DNA of 64,000 nucleotides from an uncultured Alphaproteobacteria bacterium (GTDB lineage Bacteria; Pseudomonadota; Alphaproteobacteria; RF32; CAG-239): NCBI GenBank assembly GCA_910585375.1, contig CAJUCZ010000005.1, positions 11,380 to 75,379 of the forward strand, read 5' to 3'. Shown piece by piece: positions 27,623 to 37,359 of this stretch (position 1 is its first letter; each line of letters starts with the position of its first letter). The notes under the pieces were generated by a model. It saw only the letters and a program-made list of their open reading frames with translations, ran no database searches and was not told where the DNA came from. The position numbers and the translations under genes were made by a program.

Positions 27623-29986
27623 TCAGCCAATATTTAAATATTTTGTAACAAAATTCTCTTCTCCGTATTGTTGAATCAGGTCCTGAACCAGCAATACGTT
27701 CTTGCGGCTGGAGTTGTAGAGTTTCAGATACGGGCCGAGACCGCTTAAATCAACGTCCAGAATTACAGATTCTCCGGTAGCCGGACGGGAAAGCAGAATG
27801 GCATAAGGGAAGTCGCGGTAAGAGCGGCCGAAAATAAAGTCAATTTCGCTGTTGGTCAGGTTCCAGTTGACATAATCTTCCGGCATGGCCTGCGGGTTGC
27901 GGAAGAAGATTACCGTTTGGCACTGACCGCGGACAACCTCGCCCAGACCAAGTTTGTCAATAATATTCGGCTGTTGGAAGGCGCAGAGATAAGCCTGACG
28001 TTTTTTACGACCTTCCTGCAAACCGATAATAAAGTAGTCTTTAAACATCGGGTGTTTCAACATCGGCGCGGTTTCATCGATCATAATCAAAGACGGTACG
28101 CCGGTCTCGCCGGTTTCGCCCTGAATACGATGCATAACGTAGCTGATGACTGCCGGCGCAAGAATTTCGTCTTCAAATATATGCGTAAAGTCAAAAGCCA
28201 TAAAACGCTTGGACTTTAAGTCCAGACTGTCTTCCGTTGCGTTAAAGATTTCGCCGTACTGCTCCGGATTGACCCATTTGTACAGCTCGCGGCGCATATT
28301 GCCGGTCGGGGAGAAGCAGCTCTTATACAAGTTGCTCATCACGCGTTCTTCCGGTTTGAGATAGTCAAAAGCTGTCGTAACGGCACGGGCAATTTCTTTT
28401 TCGGACTGGGCGTCGTCAACCATCGTAATGGCGCGCATCCAACGGCGCAGAAAAGCGCGGTTGTTCGGGCTGTTCGGACAGTCGAACGGATTGATTGATA
28501 CGTTTTTCTCATCGCCGTCAAAGCCGACATAGGCTCCGCCGACAGCGCGGGTAAAAATTTCGGCACCGCGGTAACGGTCAAAGAAAAAGACTTTCAAATC
28601 GTGATGGCGCATGGCCTGACCGGCCAAAAAGGTCAGCAAGGTCGTTTTACCTTGTCCGGTCGGACCGATAATGCAGCAGTGGGCAACGGCAGCTTCCTCT
28701 CCGGAAACATGAAACTGGAAGCGGTAAGCCGAACCGGACGTGGTCTTGAAGATAGAAATCGGGCCGGGACCCCAGTCTGATTTGTCAAAACCGGCGGCAG
28801 GCTTGTCAAAACACACGGCGCAGGCAACGACGCGCGACAGATAGCGATAAGTCCGCGGATAGGTTTCATAAGTCGGGAACTGGTTGAAAAAGGCCGCTTG
28901 AGCAACCCAGCCCTCACGAACCGGCGTTACGCTGAATAAACGGCAGATACGCTGGACCTCACCTTCGGCGAATTCGATTTCTTCTTTGCTTTCGCCGCGG
29001 AGAATAATAGTCATAGCGTATTCGGTCAGGGCCTGATAGTTGGCATCGCTGTCTTCAATGTTAGCCAAGACCTCGGAATACTGGTTGACAACCTCGGGCG
29101 AAAAGCTGGTAATGGAGGCCATTCTCTGCTGTTGCATTAACAATGCACGCGCTTTGGGCTTGAACAAGGTTTTGATATTATGCAGAAAGGTCAGCTCACA
29201 ATCGATGGAAAGCAGCGAAACGACCATGGATTCATCCATATAATCGCCGGAATCGCGAATACCCATAACAACCGCCCAGACTTCTTTTTCTCCGGAAAAA
29301 TAGCGGATCAGCCCTTCCTCACCGGTAAAATGGATATGATCTGCAGTCAGGAGCTCGTTCAGGTGGTGGCCTTCGGCATGGCCGACTTTAGGCTGCGGCT
29401 TGCTGACCGGACTGCACAATTTGGCAAAGATTGAAAACGGACTGTCTTCCGCCGGACTGGTCTCGGTTTCATAAAGGGTTTTAACGCCGTAGTCATTCAA
29501 AATCGCCAGCAGGGTCTGCGAGGCGTAGTTCAAATCCTTCAGGGCATCAGGACGGTCTTCCACGCTTAAAATGACATAGTGGCTGTTGGTATAGACGCGG
29601 TCGAGGTTGCTGCGCCAGACTTCCGAAATATGTTCAAGAAGAGGATTATTAAAATCGCGAACCTCAGCCTCAAGCGGAATACGCTCACGCTGCGTGATGA
29701 CCCGCACCGTCACCGACAGGCTTGACATATTGTCAATCCAAGACTTGCGCGCTTCCAACATTGACATGACTTTTTCTTCATTCACAAAAGCCAGATCCGC
29801 ACCGTCTATCTTAAAAACGCGCGACAAAGAACCATTGTAACAGCGAATGGTAATTCCGTCCGAAAGGAGTTTGTCGAAAGGCAAAAAGTCCGACACGCGG
29901 GATTCCCGCGGCTGCGGCAGAACGGAACGCCCGAATCTGGTTACAAAAAGGCCGGCGAAAGCCGCCGCTGACAGAAAACCCATCAT
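27623..29986 (-). CDS. virB4: Type IV secretion ATPase VirB4/TrbE
   Basis: Walker A (GPTGQGKTTLLTFL), Walker B (LIMIDETAPML) and a VirB4-like N-terminus (DGITIRCYNGSLSRVFKIDGADLAFV). The ORF extends to 30154 but the likely start is the MMGF Met at 29986. Confidence 0.85.
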   Translation of the reverse strand: MMGFLSAAAFAGLFVTRFGRSVLPQPRESRVSDFLPFDKLLSDGITIRCYNGSLSRVFKIDGADLAFVNEEKVMSMLEARKSWIDNMSSLSVTVRVITQRERIPLEAEVRDFNNPLLEHISEVWRSNLDRVYTNSHYVILSVEDRPDALKDLNYASQTLLAILNDYGVKTLYETETSPAEDSPFSIFAKLCSPVSKPQPKVGHAEGHHLNELLTADHIHFTGEEGLIRYFSGEKEVWAVVMGIRDSGDYMDESMVVSLLSIDCELTFLHNIKTLFKPKARALLMQQQRMASITSFSPEVVNQYSEVLANIEDSDANYQALTEYAMTIILRGESKEEIEFAEGEVQRICRLFSVTPVREGWVAQAAFFNQFPTYETYPRTYRYLSRVVACAVCFDKPAAGFDKSDWGPGPISIFKTTSGSAYRFQFHVSGEEAAVAHCCIIGPTGQGKTTLLTFLAGQAMRHHDLKVFFFDRYRGAEIFTRAVGGAYVGFDGDEKNVSINPFDCPNSPNNRAFLRRWMRAITMVDDAQSEKEIARAVTTAFDYLKPEERVMSNLYKSCFSPTGNMRRELYKWVNPEQYGEIFNATEDSLDLKSKRFMAFDFTHIFEDEILAPAVISYVMHRIQGETGETGVPSLIMIDETAPMLKHPMFKDYFIIGLQEGRKKRQAYLCAFQQPNIIDKLGLGEVVRGQCQTVIFFRNPQAMPEDYVNWNLTNSEIDFIFGRSYRDFPYAILLSRPATGESVILDVDLSGLGPYLKLYNSSRKNVLLVQDLIQQYGEENFVTKYLNIG

Positions 29987-30047
29987 CGCCACCAGAATCT
30001 CGATATTCGACAGACCCTGCACAAAGATAGAAAAGAAATCAAAATTA

Positions 30048-30350
30048 CTATGGGGCAAATTTATTTCCTTTTGACGGATAAAGATTGTTTGTAGGCTTAT
30101 AGCTCTGACCAAAGGCCTGAAGCATATTGGAAACGTGCGGCTCGCGGAAACCAATCAGCGTAATGGCAATGTGTCCCGCAAAAACCGAAGCCATAAACAA
30201 AATCGGGTTAACATCAAACGTTCCTACAATCATGAACATCAGCGGAAACTGAACACTCAGGTTCAGCAGCACAGGCAAAAACGGCCCCCACAAGATTTTG
30301 GGAGGATTTGCCACCGCTTTGAAGATACCTTCCTTCATTTCCGACCTCAC
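30048..30350 (-). CDS. virB3: VirB3/TrbD-like small membrane protein
   Basis: About 100 aa; FKAVANPPKILWGPFLPVLLNLSV resembles the VirB3 FKGLTRPAM-WG-P motif; two hydrophobic segments; directly upstream of virB4. Confidence 0.6.
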   Translation of the reverse strand: MRSEMKEGIFKAVANPPKILWGPFLPVLLNLSVQFPLMFMIVGTFDVNPILFMASVFAGHIAITLIGFREPHVSNMLQAFGQSYKPTNNLYPSKGNKFAP

Positions 30351-30422
30351 AATTGATTTTTATTTAATTATACGCCGAAAGTTTACGGCATACAATAAAT
30401 AAGATGTTTTTTCCACTATAGG

Positions 30423-30455
30423 AAAAAAGGCATACCACTTTAACGACAGTATGCC
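30423..30455 (-). terminator. Rho-independent terminator after the pilin module (GGCATAC-loop-GTATGCC-T6 on the minus strand)
   Basis: 7-bp stem; on the minus strand it is followed by TTTTTT; located between the 244-aa repeat ORF and virB3. Confidence 0.5.
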
Positions 30456-30487
30456 TTTGGTTTATGAAAATATGGTTAATATTCTCC

Positions 30488-31222
30488 TCAGCCGTCCCAA
30501 CCGCGACCTTCCGAGGTTTCCTCGTTCCAACCAAAGTCCGAAGCGGACGCACTGCCCTGCGTGCCATCGGCATTATAGCCGTTTCTTTCCGACGTTTCCT
30601 CATTCCAGCCGTAATCAGAAGCAGAGGAATTACCCGTGCCGTTTACGATATTCTGCAGGTCTTTGTTCAGCGCATCAACATTCGGCGCAGAACCTTCCGT
30701 GCCCGAAATTTTACCACCATCCAAAGCGCCGCCGATATTATCCTGACCGTTACGCTCCGAGGTTTCTTCGTTCCAACCGAATTTATCTTTTGCACCGTCC
30801 ACAACTTTCTCTGTATCGATTTTATTGCCTACGCTGTCAATTCCTTTATTAATTGCATCATCCACACCCAGTTTATCAAGCACACCGCCGCCGACAACAT
30901 CATTAACCTTATCTTTGGCCGCATTCAAAGCCTCTTGTTTTGCTTTTTCCAAAGCCTTTTTGGCTTCTTCTTCGGCTTTTTTCTTAGCTTCTTCCTTGCC
31001 TTTATTCCACAGATCATTCAGCCAGCCGCCATTATTTTCTTCCTGTTTGGCTCCGGCAGCACCGTCTTCTCCCTGCACCTGATTAACGTTGTTGACCATA
31101 TTCTGCAGGTCTTTGTTCAAATCATCAACATTCGGCGCTCCGCCGCCAATATTTTCCAGTCCTGAAACCGGATTATTGTTTGCCAAATTTTTATCACCGA
31201 TTATCTCAACTTCCGGCAACAT
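30488..31222 (-). CDS. G/N/D-rich repeat protein (244 aa), likely the 3' part of a phase-variable pilin-fusion gene
   Basis: Three (F/Y)GWNEETSERNG repeats and two APNVDxLNKDLQNxVN repeats. Its frame is open all the way up to the G10 tract at 31419-31428. Confidence 0.5.
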   Translation of the reverse strand: MLPEVEIIGDKNLANNNPVSGLENIGGGAPNVDDLNKDLQNMVNNVNQVQGEDGAAGAKQEENNGGWLNDLWNKGKEEAKKKAEEEAKKALEKAKQEALNAAKDKVNDVVGGGVLDKLGVDDAINKGIDSVGNKIDTEKVVDGAKDKFGWNEETSERNGQDNIGGALDGGKISGTEGSAPNVDALNKDLQNIVNGTGNSSASDYGWNEETSERNGYNADGTQGSASASDFGWNEETSEGRGWDG

Positions 31223-31415
31223 ATAGGATTGCGTTTCAGGATCCCATACCAGCTGCGAATTGCCGGCAGTATTTTGATTACTGTTGCCATTATTTTGAGC
31301 AGAAGAATTATTGCTGCTAACAGAATTACCAGAACCGGTATTGGTTGTACCGTTTGTACCACTGCTTTGATTGGTGCCGGAGGCACCTCCCGTTTTGGTT
31401 GCTTCCCCAGAGGAG

Positions 31416-32087
31416 CTACCCCCCCCCCGTTGTCCATAATTCTTCGACAGAAATTGATCCCGAACCGTCCTTTTTCATGCATTGATCACCTGAAAGAATA
31501 CCGCCTGCCGCCGTACATTTTTCAGCATTTTTGCCAGATAAATTTCGTAAGGAGACACAATTAGAATCACTAAAGCCATCACAATCTGCATTAAAACAAG
31601 GTTGCGCACATTTGTCCTCTTTTTTTTCTTTATTACAGTCATCCCCTGTACAATTTGGCAATGCATTACCATTTTGGGCGCCGCCAATACTTCCACCCGT
31701 TCCCTCAACACTGCCGTCCCCGCTCAGATAATTGCCGTAATCCAGCAAGGTTGAGTGTTTGCTGGTGCCGGTAAAGTCATCAATAAACAAGCCCATAACG
31801 GAGAGCAAAAACAGCGAAATCGCAATATTGGCAAACCACTTCCAGCTGATTTTGTTGAAAATCGCCATAAAGGAAAAGCCGATTAACCCGAAACCTGCCA
31901 AAATATAAACGACAAGCTTGATATCTTTTAAGCTGGAAGCCGCTTTATCACGTACTTTTTCAAAGACGGAACCGCTTGCCGCAAAGACGTCTTGCGGACA
32001 GGCCGCAAAAAAAACAATTGTCACGACAAAAAGGAAAAGGTTTGATTTCAGCAATGATTTTAATTTTAACATGGCCGCCTCCAACAA
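31416..32087 (-). CDS. virB2: VirB2/TrbC-like pilin paralog 3 with a Cys-rich C-terminal extension (223 aa)
   Basis: Signal peptide (VFAASG) and two hydrophobic helices (LVVYILAGFGLIGFSFMAIF; FANIAISLFLLSVMGLFI), as in VirB2. The extension has 9 Cys and ends TTGGG* inside the G tract. Confidence 0.6.
   Translation of the reverse strand: MLEAAMLKLKSLLKSNLFLFVVTIVFFAACPQDVFAASGSVFEKVRDKAASSLKDIKLVVYILAGFGLIGFSFMAIFNKISWKWFANIAISLFLLSVMGLFIDDFTGTSKHSTLLDYGNYLSGDGSVEGTGGSIGGAQNGNALPNCTGDDCNKEKKEDKCAQPCFNADCDGFSDSNCVSLRNLSGKNAEKCTAAGGILSGDQCMKKDGSGSISVEELWTTGGG
31419..31428 (-). repeat. Homopolymeric G10 (C10 on the plus strand) slipped-strand tract at the 3' end of a pilin paralog
   Basis: Ten consecutive C on the plus strand. 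A G9 variant shifts 31416-32087 into the frame of 30488-31222 with no intervening stop. Confidence 0.8.
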
Positions 32088-32094
32088 AAAATAA

Positions 32095-32511
32095 TTATTT
32101 CAGGGTATCCGTGATATTTTGAACTTCTTCACCCGTAACATATTTTACAAAAGCTCCCGTAACCGCCAAAACGACCAAGCCGATAATAATAGCGCTCAGC
32201 CATTTCCAGTTCAGGTTGCCGAAAAAACCGCCGACGGCAACACCGATGATGCCAAAACCGGCAACAACGTAAACAATGTCGCGCATTCCGGTAAAGATTT
32301 CGGCACCTTTGGCCGTCAGCTCGGAAAACAGGCCGTCAGCCGCCATCGCCGTTCCTGAAACCAAAACTAAAGAAAGCACCAGACAAAGAGAAAACACCAC
32401 TGCTCTCCTTACTTTAAGTTTCAGGCCATATTTTGCAAGCCTCTCCGCAGACAAAACAAAAAGGAGGGTTACAAATGCCAGCGGCAAGATATTTATAAAT
32501 TCGCCAAACAT
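32095..32511 (-). CDS. virB2: VirB2/TrbC pilin paralog 2 (138 aa)
   Basis: Long signal peptide ending AMAADG, two hydrophobic segments, and the size of T-pilin or TrbC. Confidence 0.7.
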   Translation of the reverse strand: MFGEFINILPLAFVTLLFVLSAERLAKYGLKLKVRRAVVFSLCLVLSLVLVSGTAMAADGLFSELTAKGAEIFTGMRDIVYVVAGFGIIGVAVGGFFGNLNWKWLSAIIIGLVVLAVTGAFVKYVTGEEVQNITDTLK

Positions 32512-32549
32512 AGTATCCCCTCCTTTTTAACAGTGAGCGTAAGCTCAGG

Positions 32550-32957
32550 TTAGTAAGTATCCGCAGCAGATTCCTGGAAAGTATCGCCGAAACCGCCGGA
32601 TCCGGTACCCGTAGCACTCAGGTTCGTATCACCGGTTGCGTAACGGACAATAGCACCGGCCGCAGCCAAAATAGCCAAACCAACGGCCAAAGATGCAAAT
32701 GCGGACCATTTGATTTTGCCGAAGATGGCGCCGAAAGCCAGCAGAACCAGACCGAAACCACCAACGATAAAGATAATGCTCTTTACGTTATTGAAGGTGG
32801 TGAAGGCTTTGGCTTTTGCCGTACCCATAAGGCTGCTCTGGCTGCCTCCTGCCGCCATGGCCGGACCGCTCATAAAGACAACGGCAACGACCGCAAGCAG
32901 ACAAATCGTCCACAAGTTTTTCTTTAAAAAGTTCATTAATTTTCTCCTTTTATGCAA
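32550..32957 (-). CDS. virB2: VirB2/TrbC pilin paralog 1 (135 aa)
   Basis: Signal peptide ending PAMAAGG; two hydrophobic segments (IIFIVGGFGLVLLAFGAIFG; FASLAVGLAILAAAGAIV). Confidence 0.7.
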   Translation of the reverse strand: MHKRRKLMNFLKKNLWTICLLAVVAVVFMSGPAMAAGGSQSSLMGTAKAKAFTTFNNVKSIIFIVGGFGLVLLAFGAIFGKIKWSAFASLAVGLAILAAAGAIVRYATGDTNLSATGTGSGGFGDTFQESAADTY

Positions 32958-33267
32958 GTAAACCCAATACTTTAAGCATACTAAACTTTTTGATTTTTTT
33001 CTAGCAAAATCTTATATACTACAAAATTCTTAACATATTGTTTACACTAAACAAAATCGGCTGTAACAAAAAATTCATACAACTTAACATTTTGTAAAGG
33101 CAGGATTTTTTACAGTTTTGTTACAAAAAATCTGTTCTGCAACAGAATCTGAATATCAGCCTTTTCAGAAACCGGATTTAAAAGAATCCACAAATATTGC
33201 GTATAATTTCATATCCGCTTGCCAAGATTCGCATTTTGATTTATCTAATTTACAAAGGGTTTTGTTT
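32958..33267. promoter_or_regulatory. AT-rich divergent promoter region between the virB2 operon and the 33268 gene, with direct repeats TGTWACAAAAAAT
   Basis: About 310 bp non-coding between divergent genes; repeated motif at 33062 and 33118; partial palindrome CTGTTCTGCAACAGAATCTG. Confidence 0.3.
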
Positions 33268-34956
33268 ATGAAAAATACAGCTTTTAAAACTTTTGTTTAC
33301 AGCTTTGTTTTTTCTCTGTTTGTGATCTTTGGCACAAACGGTGTGTTTTTTGCTGCACAACCGGCCGGTGAGCTTAAAATTTCCAACAAAAACATTACCC
33401 TGTTTCTCAAAAAAGACATTATACCCTCCGCAAAACCGCTGCCGGTAAAAAAGATTGCCCTCAGCGTACTGCCAGACATTCAGGAAAACACCAAAGACAA
33501 AACCCCCGATTATTATGACACGTCTGACAGCGACGGACAGATTATCATGGCCGACAGCTCTGATTTAATCCCTCTGGAATTTGATGCAGAGCCGGAAGCG
33601 CCCGTTGTTCAGGCAATTGCCGAAACCGAAGAGCTGCCGCCGGTTGTTCTGGCCGCCAATAATATACAGGAACCGGAGGCGCCGGCATTATACGTTCCGA
33701 CAAAGGCGCAGGTTATTTCCGTTACTGACGGACCGGAGCCGGAAAGCACGCCGGCAGTACCGCGCGCTAACCGGATTATCCGCGAGGACATTCCCGAGCC
33801 GGTTAAGCTGGCAACGGTTTATGCTCCGGAAGGCCCACACGAAATTGCTTATCAGCCCCCAGAAAAGCAACAAAAGCCTGCTGTTCCGGCAAAGGCGGCT
33901 GAACCGGCGTTGCTTATTCCGCTGGAGCGTTCAAACAATATTGCCCTTGCACAAAATAGGAAGGTCAAAATAAGCCGGAGTGCCGAAGAAAATCAGGTTG
34001 CAATGGCTGACGCCAAAGTTTCGACCAAAAACATTCCGGCCGCCGCCGAAGAAAAACCACATTCGGCAGACATTGCCGAAGAAGCCGAAACGCCGGCAAA
34101 ATGGGAAAGCATGGCCGAAAAATCCGGACAAAAAGACAGTCCGTGGGTGGTTGCAACCGGCGCCAAGCACGCCAAAAACAAAATGGTTAAAATTGAACAG
34201 CAGGAAAGAGATGACCGGAAGAAAATTTTGCTTGAGGCCAGCAAAAAAGCCGGCGGAACAGAAGTTGTGGCTGCCAATGACATGGTTGACAACCTGCTTA
34301 TTCCCATTCCCAAAGAAATTAAGGACAAAGAAGACCTCCGGCCGCGGTTACAGTTTCCTGAAGACGCCGAAGTAGAAACAAAAGCGGAAGAAGCCGAAGA
34401 AGTCAAAAAAGAAGTGAAAATTCTGGATGCGCAAGGGAAGAATATTGCCAAAAACAAAGAGCAGAGTTCCGGCGGAAACCTGCTTTCCAGCATTACATCA
34501 ATCTTTTCCGGTTCATCTGACAAGAATGTAAGCAATGAGCCGCAATCTTCCGGCGGGCTGGTCGGAAAAATAAAAAACAAACTGTCCGGAGGACAAGCCG
34601 GCGGACGGATTTTGCCGGCGGAAATCCGTTTGTCTTTTCAGCCCAACCGGGCAGAAATTTCCGGCAATACGCTGAAATGGATTGACGCCTTTGCCCAGAA
34701 AACGATTGAAGACAAGTCCGTGGTACTGGAGATCCGGCTGGACGGAACAACCGACCAATATCTGCAGCGCCGGCGGCTGAACCTTTTAAGCAACATCCTC
34801 AACAACAAAGGCGTAAGCGCCAGAGACGTTAAGGTTGTGTTTACGGAAAGAGAACCGAATTCGTTTATCATCAGAACTTTGAGAACAAGCGAGGAAAGCG
34901 GTTACGGTACAGTGGAAAATTATAACAACCCGCAGGCAAATGTTACACAATGGTAA
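33268..34956 (+). CDS. Proline-rich exported protein with a degenerate OmpA/MotB-like C-terminal domain (about 560 aa; the ORF extends upstream to 33118)
   Basis: Signal peptide (FGTNGVFFAAQP), EP/AP-rich linker, charged region, and a C-terminus ISGNTLKWIDAFAQKTIEDKSVVLEIRLDGTTDQYLQRRRLNLLSNILNNKGVSARDVKVVF that fits the OmpA-C pattern loosely. Confidence 0.4.
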   Translation: MKNTAFKTFVYSFVFSLFVIFGTNGVFFAAQPAGELKISNKNITLFLKKDIIPSAKPLPVKKIALSVLPDIQENTKDKTPDYYDTSDSDGQIIMADSSDLIPLEFDAEPEAPVVQAIAETEELPPVVLAANNIQEPEAPALYVPTKAQVISVTDGPEPESTPAVPRANRIIREDIPEPVKLATVYAPEGPHEIAYQPPEKQQKPAVPAKAAEPALLIPLERSNNIALAQNRKVKISRSAEENQVAMADAKVSTKNIPAAAEEKPHSADIAEEAETPAKWESMAEKSGQKDSPWVVATGAKHAKNKMVKIEQQERDDRKKILLEASKKAGGTEVVAANDMVDNLLIPIPKEIKDKEDLRPRLQFPEDAEVETKAEEAEEVKKEVKILDAQGKNIAKNKEQSSGGNLLSSITSIFSGSSDKNVSNEPQSSGGLVGKIKNKLSGGQAGGRILPAEIRLSFQPNRAEISGNTLKWIDAFAQKTIEDKSVVLEIRLDGTTDQYLQRRRLNLLSNILNNKGVSARDVKVVFTEREPNSFIIRTLRTSEESGYGTVENYNNPQANVTQW

Positions 34957-35013
34957 TAAGTTAAGGCTTGCGCTTGATTATTTATTTTTCCAAATGTATG
35001 ATAGGAAAAAATT

Positions 35014-35733
35014 ATGACAAAAAGTGATTTAAGGATTGCAAAAATGAACAAAGAAATACGCTTAATTGCTTGTTTGGGCGTCTTATTGGCAACGACCGGA
35101 TGTTATATGTTCCGGCCTCTTAATTATAATTACGAAAAAGAGGAAACCGTTGCCGAAACCGTCATGACAACCTGTCCGGATGACGGCACGCCCTGCGTGG
35201 TTCCGCCGGCTGCTCCGCAAGAATATGTCGATTATACCCGAACCGCCGCAGATTATCGCGAGTACGGCGAGAGAACGCCGCGCGACCAGCGTATCGTTCA
35301 GACGGCTCCGGGCAGTAATATGTCTGCCGCAATCCCGCCGACAATTGACGAAGAAGTAGGCGCTTATGAAGAAGAAATCAAATCTACCGGCAGTGCGGAA
35401 TTTGCCGAAAATGCCGGTACTGACAGCGCCGGAAGCGGTGCCGGCAGCGATGACGGCGATGATCCGGTCAAAGACTGGCTGGCCGAAGAAGGGCAGTCGT
35501 TGAAAGCCCTCCTGACAGAATGGAGCGATGAATCCGGCTGGCGTCTGATTTGGAACAGCAACAGAAATTACACTTTAAGTGCGGGCGCAATGTTTCGCGG
35601 GCGTTTTGCCGATGTCAGCGCCGCATTGATCCGCGCTTTCGGCCGTGCAAGCCCTGCTCCGGTCGCCACTTTTTATAAAGGAAACCGCGTCTTGGTTGTA
35701 GAAACGATGGAGGATGAGAATGCATTTGATTAA
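35014..35733 (+). CDS. Lipoprotein (239 aa), PilL/pilotin-like by position
   Basis: Lipobox (LLATTGC); sits immediately upstream of the secretin as pilL does in the R64 thin-pilus locus. Confidence 0.45.
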   Translation: MTKSDLRIAKMNKEIRLIACLGVLLATTGCYMFRPLNYNYEKEETVAETVMTTCPDDGTPCVVPPAAPQEYVDYTRTAADYREYGERTPRDQRIVQTAPGSNMSAAIPPTIDEEVGAYEEEIKSTGSAEFAENAGTDSAGSGAGSDDGDDPVKDWLAEEGQSLKALLTEWSDESGWRLIWNSNRNYTLSAGAMFRGRFADVSAALIRAFGRASPAPVATFYKGNRVLVVETMEDENAFD

Positions 35734-37336
35734 AAATAAGAAATTCGGCATTGTATTGGCATTTGCCGCTTTGGTGGCCTCATGCTCCATGTCAACCAGT
35801 CTGGACGCGACGATTGAGCGCGAAGTTGAAGCCTCGACCAAGATGAAAGAAATGGCTAAGGCTCCGACACCTATCGAAAATACCGATCTGGTTAAGGTCA
35901 AAAATGACATCTGGCTCGGCGATACAAGCGAGATCGAGTATGAAGGCCAGCCGGTTCCGGCTTATCTGGAAACGGCTGACGGCGTAACCTTAATCAGCAA
36001 TCGTCCGATTACATTGTTTGAAATCGGTGATATGCTTAACAAAGTTACTTCTTTGCGCGTTCGCTTTGACAGCAATCTGGAAAAAGACATTCGGGAAAAA
36101 GGATCAAAAAACAAGCCGTCGGCAGCAGCGATTAATGCCGACTGGACAGATGCCGACAAAATGCTGGTTTCTTACCGCGGGCCGTTGAGCGGTTTGCTGG
36201 ACGAGATTTCTTCCCGTTTCGGCATTTGGTGGAAGTATGACAAGAAAGAAATTCACTTCTACAAATACATTACCAAGACTTTTGTTTTGTATTCTTTGCC
36301 GACCAAACCGAAGCTTAATGTAACCGTTGGCGGATCTTCTTCTGCCGGCGAAGGCGGAAGCTCTTCCCTGAGCCTGAGTTCCGAGGCGGAAATTGCTGTC
36401 TGGACGCAGATTAAAGATTCAATTACGTCTATGATTTCAAAAGATTCAAAATTGACGATTGATCAGGGTAACGGTACGATTACCCTGACGGCCACTCCGA
36501 CAGACATCAAAAAAGTCGGCCGTTACATCACAGAACAGAACAACCGCTTATCCAGACAAGTGGCCATCAGCGTAAAAGTTTTGCAGGTAACCGTAACAGA
36601 CGGTGACCAGTATGGTTTGAATTTGTCTGCGATGTTTAACGACGGGCACACGACTTTTCGTCTGGCCAGCCCGACCGGCGGCGTGGCCGATGACATTGCC
36701 GACAATCTGACGATGGCTATCACCCCGAAGAACTGGACAGGAAGCGCCATTGTCAAAGCGTTGTCCAGCCAGGGAGCGACAACTCTGGTAACCAGCGGTA
36801 CGGTAACAACATTAAATAATAAACCGGCACCTATTCAGGTTATTAAAAAGCAAAACTATATTTCTGAAATTACCAAAACCAACGGTGGTGACAACGACTA
36901 TGATATTTCAACCGAGACGGAAGAAATCGAAACAGGTTTTACGCTGGACGTTTTGCCGAGAATTTTGGAACACGGGCGGTTGCTTTTGATGTTTAATCTG
37001 ACATTGTCCGATTTGATTGAGTTGGAAAAAGTATATTTGAATGAACCGACAGAAGGAACGCCTTCATCCGCTTCCGGCCAGTATATTCAAAACCCGAAGA
37101 TTGAATCCCGCGGCTTTACACAAGAAGTTGCAATGTCTTCCGGTGAATCTTTGATTTTGACCGGTTATGAAAGAGTTGAAAACACAACCTCAAAAGAAGG
37201 TATCGGATCAGCGACGAACTCGTTGCTGGGAGGTTCAGCTACAGCTAATAAAGAAAGAAGCGTATTGGTCATTATTCTGACGCCGGTTGTTCTTGAATCT
37301 CCGCTGACGCCGGAATCCAGAATGGTTCTGAATTAA
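35714..37336 (+). CDS. Lipoprotein secretin (PilN/BfpB/TcpC-like, 540 aa)
   Basis: Lipobox (LVASC). Secretin domain (RQVAISVKVLQVTVTDGDQYGLN...; GFTLDVLPRILEHGRLLLMFNLTLSDL; ...GESLILTGYER...SATNSLLGGSATANKERSVLVIILTPVVL). Confidence 0.8.
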   Translation: MRMHLIKNKKFGIVLAFAALVASCSMSTSLDATIEREVEASTKMKEMAKAPTPIENTDLVKVKNDIWLGDTSEIEYEGQPVPAYLETADGVTLISNRPITLFEIGDMLNKVTSLRVRFDSNLEKDIREKGSKNKPSAAAINADWTDADKMLVSYRGPLSGLLDEISSRFGIWWKYDKKEIHFYKYITKTFVLYSLPTKPKLNVTVGGSSSAGEGGSSSLSLSSEAEIAVWTQIKDSITSMISKDSKLTIDQGNGTITLTATPTDIKKVGRYITEQNNRLSRQVAISVKVLQVTVTDGDQYGLNLSAMFNDGHTTFRLASPTGGVADDIADNLTMAITPKNWTGSAIVKALSSQGATTLVTSGTVTTLNNKPAPIQVIKKQNYISEITKTNGGDNDYDISTETEEIETGFTLDVLPRILEHGRLLLMFNLTLSDLIELEKVYLNEPTEGTPSSASGQYIQNPKIESRGFTQEVAMSSGESLILTGYERVENTTSKEGIGSATNSLLGGSATANKERSVLVIILTPVVLESPLTPESRMVLN

Positions 37337-37359
37337 CCTTAAACGAAGGGTAAATTACA

